In this document: piece after piece, positions 20,168-29,681 of the stretch
Layout of the letters: each line of letters opens with the position of its first letter
Position numbering within the stretch: the stretch's first letter is position 1
The notes under the pieces: model-generated
Databases searched by the model: none
The model's input: only the letters and a program-made list of their open reading frames with translations
Told to the model about the DNA's origin: nothing
IMG/VR virus record: IMGVR_UViG_3300005805_000076
Location: 7,929-71,928 of that record
Length of the DNA stretch: 64,000 nucleotides
Direction: 5' to 3' (one strand)
From: a virus
Taxonomy: Duplodnaviria > Caudoviricetes
Position numbers and translations under genes: made by a program

Positions 20168-22962
20168 GTGAAATGAAAAAATTGCTGGAAGCGGTGGACA
20201 ATATGAGTAAGGCCGCTGAAAAATCACGTGGACCAAAATTTCCTGGATATTGGAAAGGCACTGATCCCGCCAGTAAAGCTAAATCTAAAATGGTTGGTTC
20301 TGCTGAAAGTAAACATAGCTTGATTAAAGATTTAGATAAGCATCTCAAAGAAACAGCAGTGCAACGTAAATTAAATGAGGACTTTGAAGAATTTAAACAG
20401 GACAACAAAATTAACCCTCAAGATAGTGTAAAATTAGATGTTCCTCTGCTGATTAGATTAATGGAATATGCAAGGGAAGATGCTAAAGACGATATGGATT
20501 TACATAGAGTGGCATCTAATTTAATCAAATTAGCAGCCAACGGCAAAACACTTAATATGCAAGATTATGATCAAGCAGTGGACCAAGCATTGTCTGAATA
20601 TGGTAATAAACAAAACCCTAATACACAAACAACCACACCAGGAGCAAGTGGTGCGGCACAAGCCGATGCTGAAAACAGCGCACAGGCTAGAACTACTGAT
20701 GCAGCAGTTCAAAAAAATGTAGCTGCATTGAAGACCATTGAACCAGAATTAAACGTTACTCAAACTAAAACAGCCATACAGAAAACAGATGTACCTGGTG
20801 AGCAGTTAACCCCAGGTGAGCTAGCCCAAACTAAAAAGTTAAGCAGCGTAATTGAACCAGCATTGAGTGATCCACAATTAGGACCACAAATAACAAGTCT
20901 ATTGCGTAAGGCAGGACAATTAGAAAAAGCACAAACAGCAGCTAATAAAGCAGGAAAGTAAAAATGTTTATATTTGACTTATTTGAAGATAATGGATCAA
21001 AGGATCCGTATAACCGCAGTCCCTATGACAGAGGGGGTGCTGATGCTTGGTATCATAGAGGCAAAAATCCACATAAAATTGTTAATGGAAAAGAAGTTAA
21101 ACTTACAGATCCTGCTGAAATTGCCGAATATCTAAAAGGTTATGAGGCTGAAGGTGTAACAAACAAATATCAAGGTAAAACTTACGAAAGTGATATCAGC
21201 GGACTTATGCATGCCGCAAAGTATCTAAATCGTGTATTTAGAATCACTGCAAAAACAGCAGAGGGTGATACTAAGAAATTTAAGGTACGTGCTCAAAGTG
21301 AACGTGTAGCTCGTGAAAAGTTTCTACAACATTATTCACAGGCTGAAATATTAAATGTAGAAGAAGTCAAAGTTAACGAAGGAGATAATCAAATCTCCGT
21401 AAAAGAATTAGGAAATGTAATTGCTGATCACATCGAAAGTCGTTTACCACAATTGTTTAAAAGGTATGGCTATGAAGTAATGGCAGATGCGATAATGTCA
21501 GTAGCAGAAAAAAATGCTGGTATAGAGGAATTAAAGCCACATCTAGTAAGCAGCATGATGCGTGAAGTGTTAGACAAAGTAAGAAATCGCTTGCAAGAGA
21601 TGGATGCTCATATGTATCCTAGCCTAAAACAACAGGGTATCAATGCTCGTCGTGACGGACACAAGGAAACTGATAATCCATTCAGCGAAGGCAGTCACGA
21701 ATATAAACAATGGCAACAGGGTTGGAGGGAAGCCAACGAAGAAGAACATAAAGTCCGTAATACCAAAAGTTCCAACGATACCGTAATTCGCGCAAGTGGT
21801 TCTAAACAAGAGTACGGTGATTATAAACAATGGAACAATGCTGCTAAACAGCAAGGCTATGATGTTTATGCAAAAGGTGCTGCCGATGGCAAGTATGTAG
21901 CAAAGGTAAAGCTACCAGGTGCAGTATTCACTGAAATCGTAGGTGAATTTGATAAGTCCAGTGGGTCAGGTTACTTATATACTAAATCAAAAATGAATGA
22001 AGTTTTTGCAGATCAGCAACAAGAAAACTTTGGCGATGGTAGAACAGCGGACGAGTTAAACATTGGTGATGATGTCATCATTGCCGGTGCTGTACAATTC
22101 CAAGGTGCCACTGGTATTATTGATAGCTTTGGTCGTGATAAACGTTTTGTGGTTGTGAATCTATACAATCACGGTAAGCATAGTTTCCACAGCAGTGATG
22201 TGGAAGGCAATGAGTATGCTGATAGTGACGAAGAGGAAGCGGAACTAAACCGTTATGGTGAACGTGATCATGGTCTATTTGGTGATGACGATCGTGATGA
22301 CGACGATGACCTGCGAGAAGGTTATACACTCAAGAAGACCGCTGTCTATAAAGAGTTAATCCCTGGTGATCCAGATGAATATCTAGATGATATACTCAGC
22401 AAAGATACCGATTACGACATAATCAATAACAAAACTAGAAAGGTAGTAGGCACTGCTAGTTGGACCACAGACGACTACATGGGTCCAGGTGCGCTAAAAA
22501 TTACCATGAACAATGGTGCCACTAGATATCTAGATATCTGGGATAGTGAAAAGGGTAATCCGCAAACTGCATTCAATCGCTTTGTAAAAGATCCTAGGAC
22601 CGCCAAAAAATATAAGGATCAAGGTGTGGCGGAAGACAACAGATTTGACGAACCACTCACAGGTTACCACATCGTGTACCGTAAAAGTAACAACCCTGTG
22701 GTCAATACTCCCAGTTTTGAAACACGAGATGCAGCACAGAAATACCTCATGACGCGAATGTTCGATAATCACCAAGATTACAGAGTGGTTCATACCGCCA
22801 ATGTAGGAGTCACCGAAACCTCAGATTACTTCCGTCGCAGAGAGCGCGAAGAAGCTATCATCAGCGGCCAGAAACCAGCCCGTAAACGTAAGCCAGCTCA
22901 GACCAGTGATTATGCTCGTCGTAGAGAGCAAGAAAAAAATAAAGAGCAAGGTGTGGCGGAAG
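19343..22962 (+). repeat. dispersed perfect 16-nt repeat CAAGGTGTGGCGGAAG (QGVAE) x4
   Basis: copies at 19343, 19844, 22620, 22947; partial copy GTGTGGCGGA at 18786. Confidence 0.9.
20164..20961 (+). CDS. modular hypothetical protein
   Basis: 265-aa ORF with LLE/LKE/LNE/LSE-delimited segments. Confidence 0.7.
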   Translation: MSEMKKLLEAVDNMSKAAEKSRGPKFPGYWKGTDPASKAKSKMVGSAESKHSLIKDLDKHLKETAVQRKLNEDFEEFKQDNKINPQDSVKLDVPLLIRLMEYAREDAKDDMDLHRVASNLIKLAANGKTLNMQDYDQAVDQALSEYGNKQNPNTQTTTPGASGAAQADAENSAQARTTDAAVQKNVAALKTIEPELNVTQTKTAIQKTDVPGEQLTPGELAQTKKLSSVIEPALSDPQLGPQITSLLRKAGQLEKAQTAANKAGK

Positions 22963-23696
22963 GCATGTTTGACATGTTCAAATCTCAACCCTTGCCAACC
23001 AAACCAGAAACTGTCACTTTAGGTAAATTTGAGGTCAACGTGATACCAAGGCAAGACCGAGGCTACATTGGTTTTGCCTGGCACGATTCACAAGGCAAGG
23101 AAAATTATACAGAAACTGGTACTAGGGATTTAAAGACTAGAAAAGAATTGATGTCTATTATAAAAGACGAAATTCTCTATGTAGAAAAACAAATAAAACT
23201 GATCAAAAATCAAAATGTGTCTGAGGATGCAAGCAAAAAGAATGCAGTTCGTAGACTTCAGAAAATGTTGAACAGAAAATATGACGCTAATCTTGATGTT
23301 GATGGAATTCTTGGACCACTAACACTTAAATCAATTAACAAGTTTATGCCTGATGCTAAAATAGAACCTGCAGATCAACCCAATAAGACTCCTGCTGTGC
23401 AAGGCAAAAAAATTAAAAAGACAACGGGCGAAACTAAGTTAGACGAAAAATGTTGGGATACTCACAAACAAGTAGGCATGAAAAAGAAGGGCAGCAAAAT
23501 GGTGCCAAATTGTGTACCAAAAGAATCAATTGACGAATCTAAACAATACTATAATGTAATAGGTACGGCAGAAAAAGAATTGAAATCTAACTTTGGAATG
23601 GAAAAAGATCAGCAGGGTTGGCACTTGACAGAATCTGCTACTCCACAACAACGGTTAGATGCTTTGCGAGCTTTTGGCTCCCCACTGAACGGATAA
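20964..23696 (+). CDS. large modular protein including a peptidoglycan-binding-like domain
   Basis: 910 aa; VRRLQKML..VDGILGPLT; CWDTHKQVGMKKKG..VPNCVP module; two QGVAE linkers. Confidence 0.75.
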   Translation: MFIFDLFEDNGSKDPYNRSPYDRGGADAWYHRGKNPHKIVNGKEVKLTDPAEIAEYLKGYEAEGVTNKYQGKTYESDISGLMHAAKYLNRVFRITAKTAEGDTKKFKVRAQSERVAREKFLQHYSQAEILNVEEVKVNEGDNQISVKELGNVIADHIESRLPQLFKRYGYEVMADAIMSVAEKNAGIEELKPHLVSSMMREVLDKVRNRLQEMDAHMYPSLKQQGINARRDGHKETDNPFSEGSHEYKQWQQGWREANEEEHKVRNTKSSNDTVIRASGSKQEYGDYKQWNNAAKQQGYDVYAKGAADGKYVAKVKLPGAVFTEIVGEFDKSSGSGYLYTKSKMNEVFADQQQENFGDGRTADELNIGDDVIIAGAVQFQGATGIIDSFGRDKRFVVVNLYNHGKHSFHSSDVEGNEYADSDEEEAELNRYGERDHGLFGDDDRDDDDDLREGYTLKKTAVYKELIPGDPDEYLDDILSKDTDYDIINNKTRKVVGTASWTTDDYMGPGALKITMNNGATRYLDIWDSEKGNPQTAFNRFVKDPRTAKKYKDQGVAEDNRFDEPLTGYHIVYRKSNNPVVNTPSFETRDAAQKYLMTRMFDNHQDYRVVHTANVGVTETSDYFRRREREEAIISGQKPARKRKPAQTSDYARRREQEKNKEQGVAEGMFDMFKSQPLPTKPETVTLGKFEVNVIPRQDRGYIGFAWHDSQGKENYTETGTRDLKTRKELMSIIKDEILYVEKQIKLIKNQNVSEDASKKNAVRRLQKMLNRKYDANLDVDGILGPLTLKSINKFMPDAKIEPADQPNKTPAVQGKKIKKTTGETKLDEKCWDTHKQVGMKKKGSKMVPNCVPKESIDESKQYYNVIGTAEKELKSNFGMEKDQQGWHLTESATPQQRLDALRAFGSPLNG

Positions 23697-23701
23697 CTAA
23701 C

Positions 23702-24532
23702 GTGAGGGTTAAGGAATTCATCAACGAAGCACCACTGGCAGATTATATGCCATTGGGTGACTTTGAAAAAGGTAAAGGTGGCTTCCGTCACGATGTTGAT
23801 AAGAAGTTAGTTACCAATCCTGTTGCTATTGGCAAGGTCTATAAATTCTTTAGCCGTACACCTTACGATATACGTATATTTCCAGTTCAAATCAAAGGCG
23901 GTGGTCGTTATTTAGAAACGGGCGAGGTGAATGTAGACGAATTGGTAAAAATTGTGGGACAAGGTAATGCTCAACGTATTTTAGGTGGGCACAGCCCTGA
24001 TACCATAACCATAGTGTTTACCAACAACACAGGTGCAGAACGCATACCTCTCACTGCTTGGATGATGGCACATAGAATTGGACATGCTATACGTCGCGGT
24101 GGAGCATCCCGAGCATGGGATAATGCAGTCAAACACTTTTGGAATGGTATTGACGAAATCATGCGAGATGTTTATCGTTTGCCGATAGAAAGAAGTAGCT
24201 TGTACACCATGTCAAATCCTGCTTGGTATAAGGCACTGATAGATGCTATTGGAACCATGCGCAGTGCAAGACAGAAAACCATTGCTCGTCCCAGTGAATT
24301 TGTCTACGAAATGTTTGCGCAGTATCTCAACACTGGCGAAGTAAAATTTAATCCTGCACCAAAAAATTTAATGTCAAGACAACAAGCATGGGGACGTAAT
24401 CAACCAATAAGTGCCATCAATGATGCTACACAGCGTGAAGCCACTCAAATGTTGGAAACATTAAGCTATGATATGGAATTAATGTTTAATGATGTTATGA
24501 GTGCGGCTATGGGCAAGATATACGTGATGTAA
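23702..24532 (+). CDS. zincin-like protein with HRxxH variant motif (GTG start)
   Basis: MRVKEFINE start; WMMAHRIGHAI and downstream YEMFAQY. Confidence 0.6.
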   Translation: MRVKEFINEAPLADYMPLGDFEKGKGGFRHDVDKKLVTNPVAIGKVYKFFSRTPYDIRIFPVQIKGGGRYLETGEVNVDELVKIVGQGNAQRILGGHSPDTITIVFTNNTGAERIPLTAWMMAHRIGHAIRRGGASRAWDNAVKHFWNGIDEIMRDVYRLPIERSSLYTMSNPAWYKALIDAIGTMRSARQKTIARPSEFVYEMFAQYLNTGEVKFNPAPKNLMSRQQAWGRNQPISAINDATQREATQMLETLSYDMELMFNDVMSAAMGKIYVM

Positions 24533-24534
24533 CT

Positions 24535-25425
24535 ATGAGAGCCCAAGAACTATTACAAGAACGTGCAAGTCCGGTATTATATCACTATACCCATGCTGAG
24601 GCCGCATTAGATATACTTACAAATAATCGTTTCCAATTATCCATCAGCACCGGAAACAAAAGCGAACAAGAATATGCTCCGGCTGGCTACGATTATTTCC
24701 TCAGTTTAACAAGATCAAAAGTGGGCGATTACCATCGCTGGGCCAGTAATGGTGCTGTTATGTTTGTGCTGAATGGAACTTGGTTTAACGGCAGATATCC
24801 CGTGAAGCCAATAGATTATTGGGCACGAGCATGGAATTATCCTGGCAGTGCCAGAACTCGAGAAAGCGAAGACAGGTTATTCAGCAAAACTCCTGAGATA
24901 GCAGCAGATGCCATAACACAGGTTCATGTATTGATCAAAGAGCAGCAGCAATTTCGCAGTCCCACCATACGCAAGGTATTGATAGCTGCCAAATCTCGAG
25001 GATTACCAGTGTATCTTTACACTGATGAATCTGCTTGGAGACTGCAAGATACTAGACGCAGTGTCAGCATCAAACAAGCAGCCGCATTACTTAAAGGTAT
25101 AGAACCCAGCAGACATCGTGGTGTTGGTAGAAATTATTTAGAAGCTTGGATAGAATTGTTGCACAAAAAATCATCACAAGAACTCAGCGAACCAGCAAAA
25201 AAACTACGTTATAACTTATTCTACTATGCATCACCTAGGGAAGATCAAAATTTATCCATAGACATCAGTAATGCTCGCAAACCTGGTGAGGGTAAAACTA
25301 GAGCTGCTGCCATTGAGATATTGAAATTTATGCGTCAAAATCGCATGCAATCAACTGTAGACTTTAAGAATTATATCAAAGAAAAATGGCAAGAAATTGT
25401 TAATCGAGAGAAGAAATCCTCATGA
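24535..25425 (+). CDS. ART-like domain protein, paralogue of the internal domain of 16215..18434
   Basis: LYHYT..FLSLTRS..VMFVLNGTWF..IDYW..ESEDR. Confidence 0.6.
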   Translation: MRAQELLQERASPVLYHYTHAEAALDILTNNRFQLSISTGNKSEQEYAPAGYDYFLSLTRSKVGDYHRWASNGAVMFVLNGTWFNGRYPVKPIDYWARAWNYPGSARTRESEDRLFSKTPEIAADAITQVHVLIKEQQQFRSPTIRKVLIAAKSRGLPVYLYTDESAWRLQDTRRSVSIKQAAALLKGIEPSRHRGVGRNYLEAWIELLHKKSSQELSEPAKKLRYNLFYYASPREDQNLSIDISNARKPGEGKTRAAAIEILKFMRQNRMQSTVDFKNYIKEKWQEIVNREKKSS

Positions 25426-26126
25426 GAGCCTCAGAATTTACACCAACCAACCAATTAGTAATATTTGATATAGATGACACACTATTTCATACCACAGCTA
25501 AGATATTGGTGCGCGATAAAGAAACTGGTGAAACTATTCGCAGTCTCACAAATCAAGAATTTAACGACTACAAACTAAAACCCAACGAAGTCTACGATTT
25601 TGGTGAATTTCGCAATGCTGAAAAGTTTGAAGAAGAAAGCATACCAATTGGCCCAATGCTGGATCAATTGCGGCAAGATCTTAGAGCAGGACACAGAGTA
25701 GTGATGTTAACTGCTAGAGAAGATTTTGATAACCAAAAAACTATTTGGCGGACATTTAAACGTCATGGCATTGATATAAACCGCGATGTACATTTATATA
25801 GAGCAGGTAACTTGCCTGGCAGCGAATCTCCAGCAGAAAAGAAAGCTAAATTCGTTAGACTGTGGCTGAATAAACATTTGTATGATAGCGTTACATTATA
25901 TGATGACAGCACCACTAACCTCAGAGTTTTTAAAGCTCTGCAGAAAGAATACCCAACTGTTAAATTTGTTGCACATCATGTAACACAAGGTGGTAAAACT
26001 AAAAAGATTGAAGGCGTAGACTTTACGGCACCACGTGGTGTAGCTAACCCAATTGGATCAGACAATGTGATTAGTCCTGTAGGATCAGTTCCAACTAATC
26101 AACGTATAAATAAAAAGAAGGCATAG
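25422..26126 (+). CDS. HAD-superfamily phosphatase
   Basis: IFDIDDTL motif I, LTAR motif II, YDDS motif IV. Confidence 0.8.
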   Translation: MRASEFTPTNQLVIFDIDDTLFHTTAKILVRDKETGETIRSLTNQEFNDYKLKPNEVYDFGEFRNAEKFEEESIPIGPMLDQLRQDLRAGHRVVMLTAREDFDNQKTIWRTFKRHGIDINRDVHLYRAGNLPGSESPAEKKAKFVRLWLNKHLYDSVTLYDDSTTNLRVFKALQKEYPTVKFVAHHVTQGGKTKKIEGVDFTAPRGVANPIGSDNVISPVGSVPTNQRINKKKA

Positions 26127-26130
26127 AACT

Positions 26131-26565
26131 ATGTACGAACTTATTAAAGCAATGAAAATTGCATTTGCTACTGAATATACTTTTTATTTAAAAGCTCACT
26201 TCTATCATTGGAATGTAGAAGGTGCAGACTTCTTCCAATATCATGAACTGTTTGGAAAAATCTACGAAGAAGTGTTTGATAGCATTGACGACTTTGCAGA
26301 AAATATACGCAAGTTAGGTAGCTATACACCAGGTAGCTATACTAGATTCAGCGCATTGTCAAAGGTAGATGAAGAACTTCAAGTCGCCCCTGCTGAAGCT
26401 ATGATAAAAGAACTATTGGCTGATAGTGATAAATGCGTAGAACTATTCAAAATGGTGTTTGCCATCAGCGAACGCGAGAAGGAACATGGTCTCAGCGATT
26501 TCCTAGCTGGACGCATGGATGCACATAGAAAACATAGCTGGATGCTACGTGCATTACTGAAATAA
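26131..26565 (+). CDS. dps: Dps / DNA-binding ferritin-like protein
   Basis: HFYHWNVEG..F...HELF..IYEE..D.FAE.IR.LG; HRKHSWML. Confidence 0.9.
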   Translation: MYELIKAMKIAFATEYTFYLKAHFYHWNVEGADFFQYHELFGKIYEEVFDSIDDFAENIRKLGSYTPGSYTRFSALSKVDEELQVAPAEAMIKELLADSDKCVELFKMVFAISEREKEHGLSDFLAGRMDAHRKHSWMLRALLK

Positions 26566-27149
26566 TGCCTATTCAAAGTTTGGTTAAAGAATCTAGCCCT
26601 AATACATATAGTGGCAGCTTTACTCCTGACCTTATCTTTAGTAAACTTTGGTTGGCCAGTAAATTAAACCTCTTAGGTCTAAACAAATTTAAAAGCATTT
26701 ATATTTTAGGCAGCTGGTTTGGTAACAGTGCCGTTTTTCTAAATTTTAGTGGTATTCAAGCCAACACTGTAATCAATGTTGATATAAACAAGGATTGGTT
26801 AATCAAAAGTAAAAAGCTACATGATAAACTGGATCTAAATTATGATCTTCAATATATGAACAAGGATGCAAACAGTTTAGATTATAGACAACTGAAAAAA
26901 CCCAGTCTGGTAATAAACACCAGTATCAATGATATGAAGAATAACGGATGGTTCAACAATATTCCAAAAAATACTTTGGTAGCATTACAAGGTAGAAATA
27001 ATGTTGACTCTGAGGCTGAAAATAACTATAATAGTATAGGTGATGTAGTTCAAGCTTATCCTCTTACCAAAGTTTATTTCGCAGATGAGATTACTCTTAA
27101 AGATCCAGAAACAAGTTATACCAGATATATGGTTATTGGTTCAAAGTAA
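26565..27149 (+). CDS. class I SAM-dependent methyltransferase-like protein
   Basis: ILGSWFG, NVDIN, INTS. Confidence 0.6.
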   Translation: MPIQSLVKESSPNTYSGSFTPDLIFSKLWLASKLNLLGLNKFKSIYILGSWFGNSAVFLNFSGIQANTVINVDINKDWLIKSKKLHDKLDLNYDLQYMNKDANSLDYRQLKKPSLVINTSINDMKNNGWFNNIPKNTLVALQGRNNVDSEAENNYNSIGDVVQAYPLTKVYFADEITLKDPETSYTRYMVIGSK

Positions 27150-27185
27150 TTTTTATCAAAGTCAACAAAGGTAAGTTCTGCATCG

Positions 27186-27214
27186 TTGACAATACATCAC
27201 AAATTCAGTATTAT
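27186..27214 (+). promoter_or_regulatory. sigma70-type promoter
   Basis: TTGACA-17 nt-TATTAT; AAGGAG RBS follows. Confidence 0.7.
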
Positions 27215-27234
27215 TAACTCTTTAAGGAGACATA

Positions 27235-27495
27235 ATGTCAAACCGTACGTTTACATCTGAACAAAAAGCCAAATTGACTCAACTTTTCAATGAAGGCACT
27301 AAAGTATTGCGTGAAGTTGAAGACCTCAATGCCGGGCTCAGCGATACCGTCAAAGCCATTGCAGAGGAACTGGAAATTAAACCAGGTATTTTGAAAAAAG
27401 CAATCAAGATTGCACATAAAGCCAACCTTGGTGAAGAAAACAAAAATCACGACGAATTGAATACCATTCTTGCCACGGTTGGGCGGACTCTATAA
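27235..27495 (+). CDS. T4 DsbA/GapR-like dsDNA-binding protein
   Basis: 86-aa helical protein, KAIAEELEIKPGILKKAIKIAHK. Confidence 0.55.
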   Translation: MSNRTFTSEQKAKLTQLFNEGTKVLREVEDLNAGLSDTVKAIAEELEIKPGILKKAIKIAHKANLGEENKNHDELNTILATVGRTL

Positions 27496-29652
27496 ATGAG
27501 TTATGTGGATGCATTGTTGGATCGTCAACGTGATAGAATTCACGTTGTGGAAAGAATTAATGGGCAGAGAGTCTATCAAGAGTTTGCTGCTGATTATATC
27601 TTTTATTATGACGATCCCAAAGGCAAACATCGCACAATTTATGGGACTCCGGTATCTAGATTTTCCACACACAGCAGTAAAGAATTCCAAAAAGAAATCC
27701 GCATGCATGGTAAAAAACGCCTTTGGGAAAGTGACTTTAAACCAGTATTCCGTTGTCTAGCAGAGAATTACTTGGGCAAAGAACCTCCCAAACTTCATGT
27801 GGCATTTTTCGATATTGAGGTTGACTTTGATCCGGTGCGTGGGTTTAGTAGGCCTGAAGATCCATTTAACCCCATTAATGCTATTAGTGTTTATTTGGAT
27901 TGGTTGGATAAGCTTATAACACTGGCTATACCACCCAAGTCAATGAGCTGGGATACAGCACAGGAGATTGCTAATAAGTTTCCTGACTGCTATATCTTTG
28001 AGCGTGAAGAAGACCTATTAGATACATTCCTTAATCTAATAGATGATGCGGATATATTAAGTGGTTGGAACTCAGAAGGTTATGATATCCCCTATACCAT
28101 TGGTAGAATCACTAGGGTACTTAGCAAGGATGATACACGCAGATTATGTCTGTGGGATCAGTTTCCTAAACAAAGAGAATTTGAAAGGTTTGGTGCAAGT
28201 CAATTAACATTTGACCTAATTGGTAGAGTACATATGGACTATATGCAACTCTATCGCAAATATAACTATGAGGAACGACATAGTTATAGTTTGGATGCTA
28301 TCGGTGAATATGAAGAATGTGGCAGTAAAGTAGCCTATGAAGGCACGTTGGATCAGCTCTACAACAAAGACTTTGAAAAGTTCATAGACTATAATAGACA
28401 GGATACAAGACTGCTGGCTAAGATTGATAAGAAACTACGTTTTATTGATCTAGCTAACACCATCGCTCACGATAACACAGTGTTATTGCCGACCGTTATG
28501 GGAGCAGTCGCAACCACGGAGCAAGCGATTATAAATGAAGCACACAGTCAAGGATTGGTCGTTCCTAACCGCAAAGGCAGAGAAGAGGATGGAGATTCTA
28601 CCCAAGCAGCAGGTGCCTATGTTGCTTATCCCAAAAAAGGTATGCATGACTGGATTGGGGCTATCGACATCAACAGCCTATACCCCAGTGCCATTAGAGC
28701 ACTTAATATGGGACCAGAAACAATCATAGGACAATTACGTCCTATTATGACAGAAAAATATATTTCTGATAAAATAGCCCAAGGATCTAGTTTTGCAGGT
28801 GCGTGGGAAGGACTTTTTGGTAGTTTGGAATATGAAGCAGTGATGCGAGGTGATGCAGGCACTGAAATTACTATTGACTGGGAGGTTGATGGTTCCAGCG
28901 ATGTACTCAGTGCTGCTGATGTCTGGCGTTTGATATTTGATAGCAATAAACCCTGGACATTGAGCGCTAATGGCACTATCTTTACCTATGAACGCAAAGG
29001 TATTGTTCCAGGACTACTAGAACGTTGGTATTCCGAACGTAAGGAAATGCAAAAAAAACTGAAGGAGTCTGAAAATCCTGAGGATCAATCATATTGGGAT
29101 AAACGTCAATTGGTTAAGAAGATTAATCTTAACAGTCTCTATGGCGCTATTCTTAATCCTGGTTGCAGATTCTTTGATAATCGCATTGGACAATCAACAA
29201 CTTTGACTGGCAGAACTATTGCGAAACATATGGATGCATTCGTAAATGAATGTATCACAGGCAAATATGATCACGTTGGTGATGCTATCATATACGGTGA
29301 CAGTGTAACGGGAGACACGTTAATTAAAACTGACTCTGGAGAAATTACCATAGAAACGCTATTTAATCAATGCTTAGACCATTCAATAAATGGAGAGAGA
29401 GAATATGGTACTCAATCATTTGCGAAGGTAATTGGTTTTAACGCATTTGAAGATTCGCCAGTTATGAGTGAAATTTCGTATGTTATGCGACACAAAACCA
29501 AAAAGAAAATATATGAAATTGAACTAGAAAATAACAAGAAAGTCAAAGTAACCGAAGATCACAGTATTATGGTTGATAGAGACGGATTCCTAATAGAGGT
29601 TAAACCAACAGACTTACTAGATACAGACTTAATTATTTGCTTAAACGTATAA
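27496..29652 (+). CDS. family B DNA polymerase N-terminal half fused to split intein N-part
   Basis: FFDIEV, GWNSEGYD, YNRQD exonuclease motifs; DINSLYPS; KKINLNSLYG; YGD then intein. Confidence 0.93.
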   Translation: MSYVDALLDRQRDRIHVVERINGQRVYQEFAADYIFYYDDPKGKHRTIYGTPVSRFSTHSSKEFQKEIRMHGKKRLWESDFKPVFRCLAENYLGKEPPKLHVAFFDIEVDFDPVRGFSRPEDPFNPINAISVYLDWLDKLITLAIPPKSMSWDTAQEIANKFPDCYIFEREEDLLDTFLNLIDDADILSGWNSEGYDIPYTIGRITRVLSKDDTRRLCLWDQFPKQREFERFGASQLTFDLIGRVHMDYMQLYRKYNYEERHSYSLDAIGEYEECGSKVAYEGTLDQLYNKDFEKFIDYNRQDTRLLAKIDKKLRFIDLANTIAHDNTVLLPTVMGAVATTEQAIINEAHSQGLVVPNRKGREEDGDSTQAAGAYVAYPKKGMHDWIGAIDINSLYPSAIRALNMGPETIIGQLRPIMTEKYISDKIAQGSSFAGAWEGLFGSLEYEAVMRGDAGTEITIDWEVDGSSDVLSAADVWRLIFDSNKPWTLSANGTIFTYERKGIVPGLLERWYSERKEMQKKLKESENPEDQSYWDKRQLVKKINLNSLYGAILNPGCRFFDNRIGQSTTLTGRTIAKHMDAFVNECITGKYDHVGDAIIYGDSVTGDTLIKTDSGEITIETLFNQCLDHSINGEREYGTQSFAKVIGFNAFEDSPVMSEISYVMRHKTKKKIYEIELENNKKVKVTEDHSIMVDRDGFLIEVKPTDLLDTDLIICLNV
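29302..29649 (+). mobile_element. split intein N-fragment (116 aa)
   Basis: SVTGDTLI block A; VKVTEDHSIMV block B (TxxH); ends at a stop. Confidence 0.88.
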
Positions 29653-29681
29653 ATATTATATGGTGACAGGAGTATCAGCAT

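Noticed and set aside
19343-22962. 16-nt repeats as a CRISPR array or Chi sites
   Set aside because: Too short, irregular spacing of hundreds to thousands of nt, in frame in ORFs; do not match GCTGGTGG
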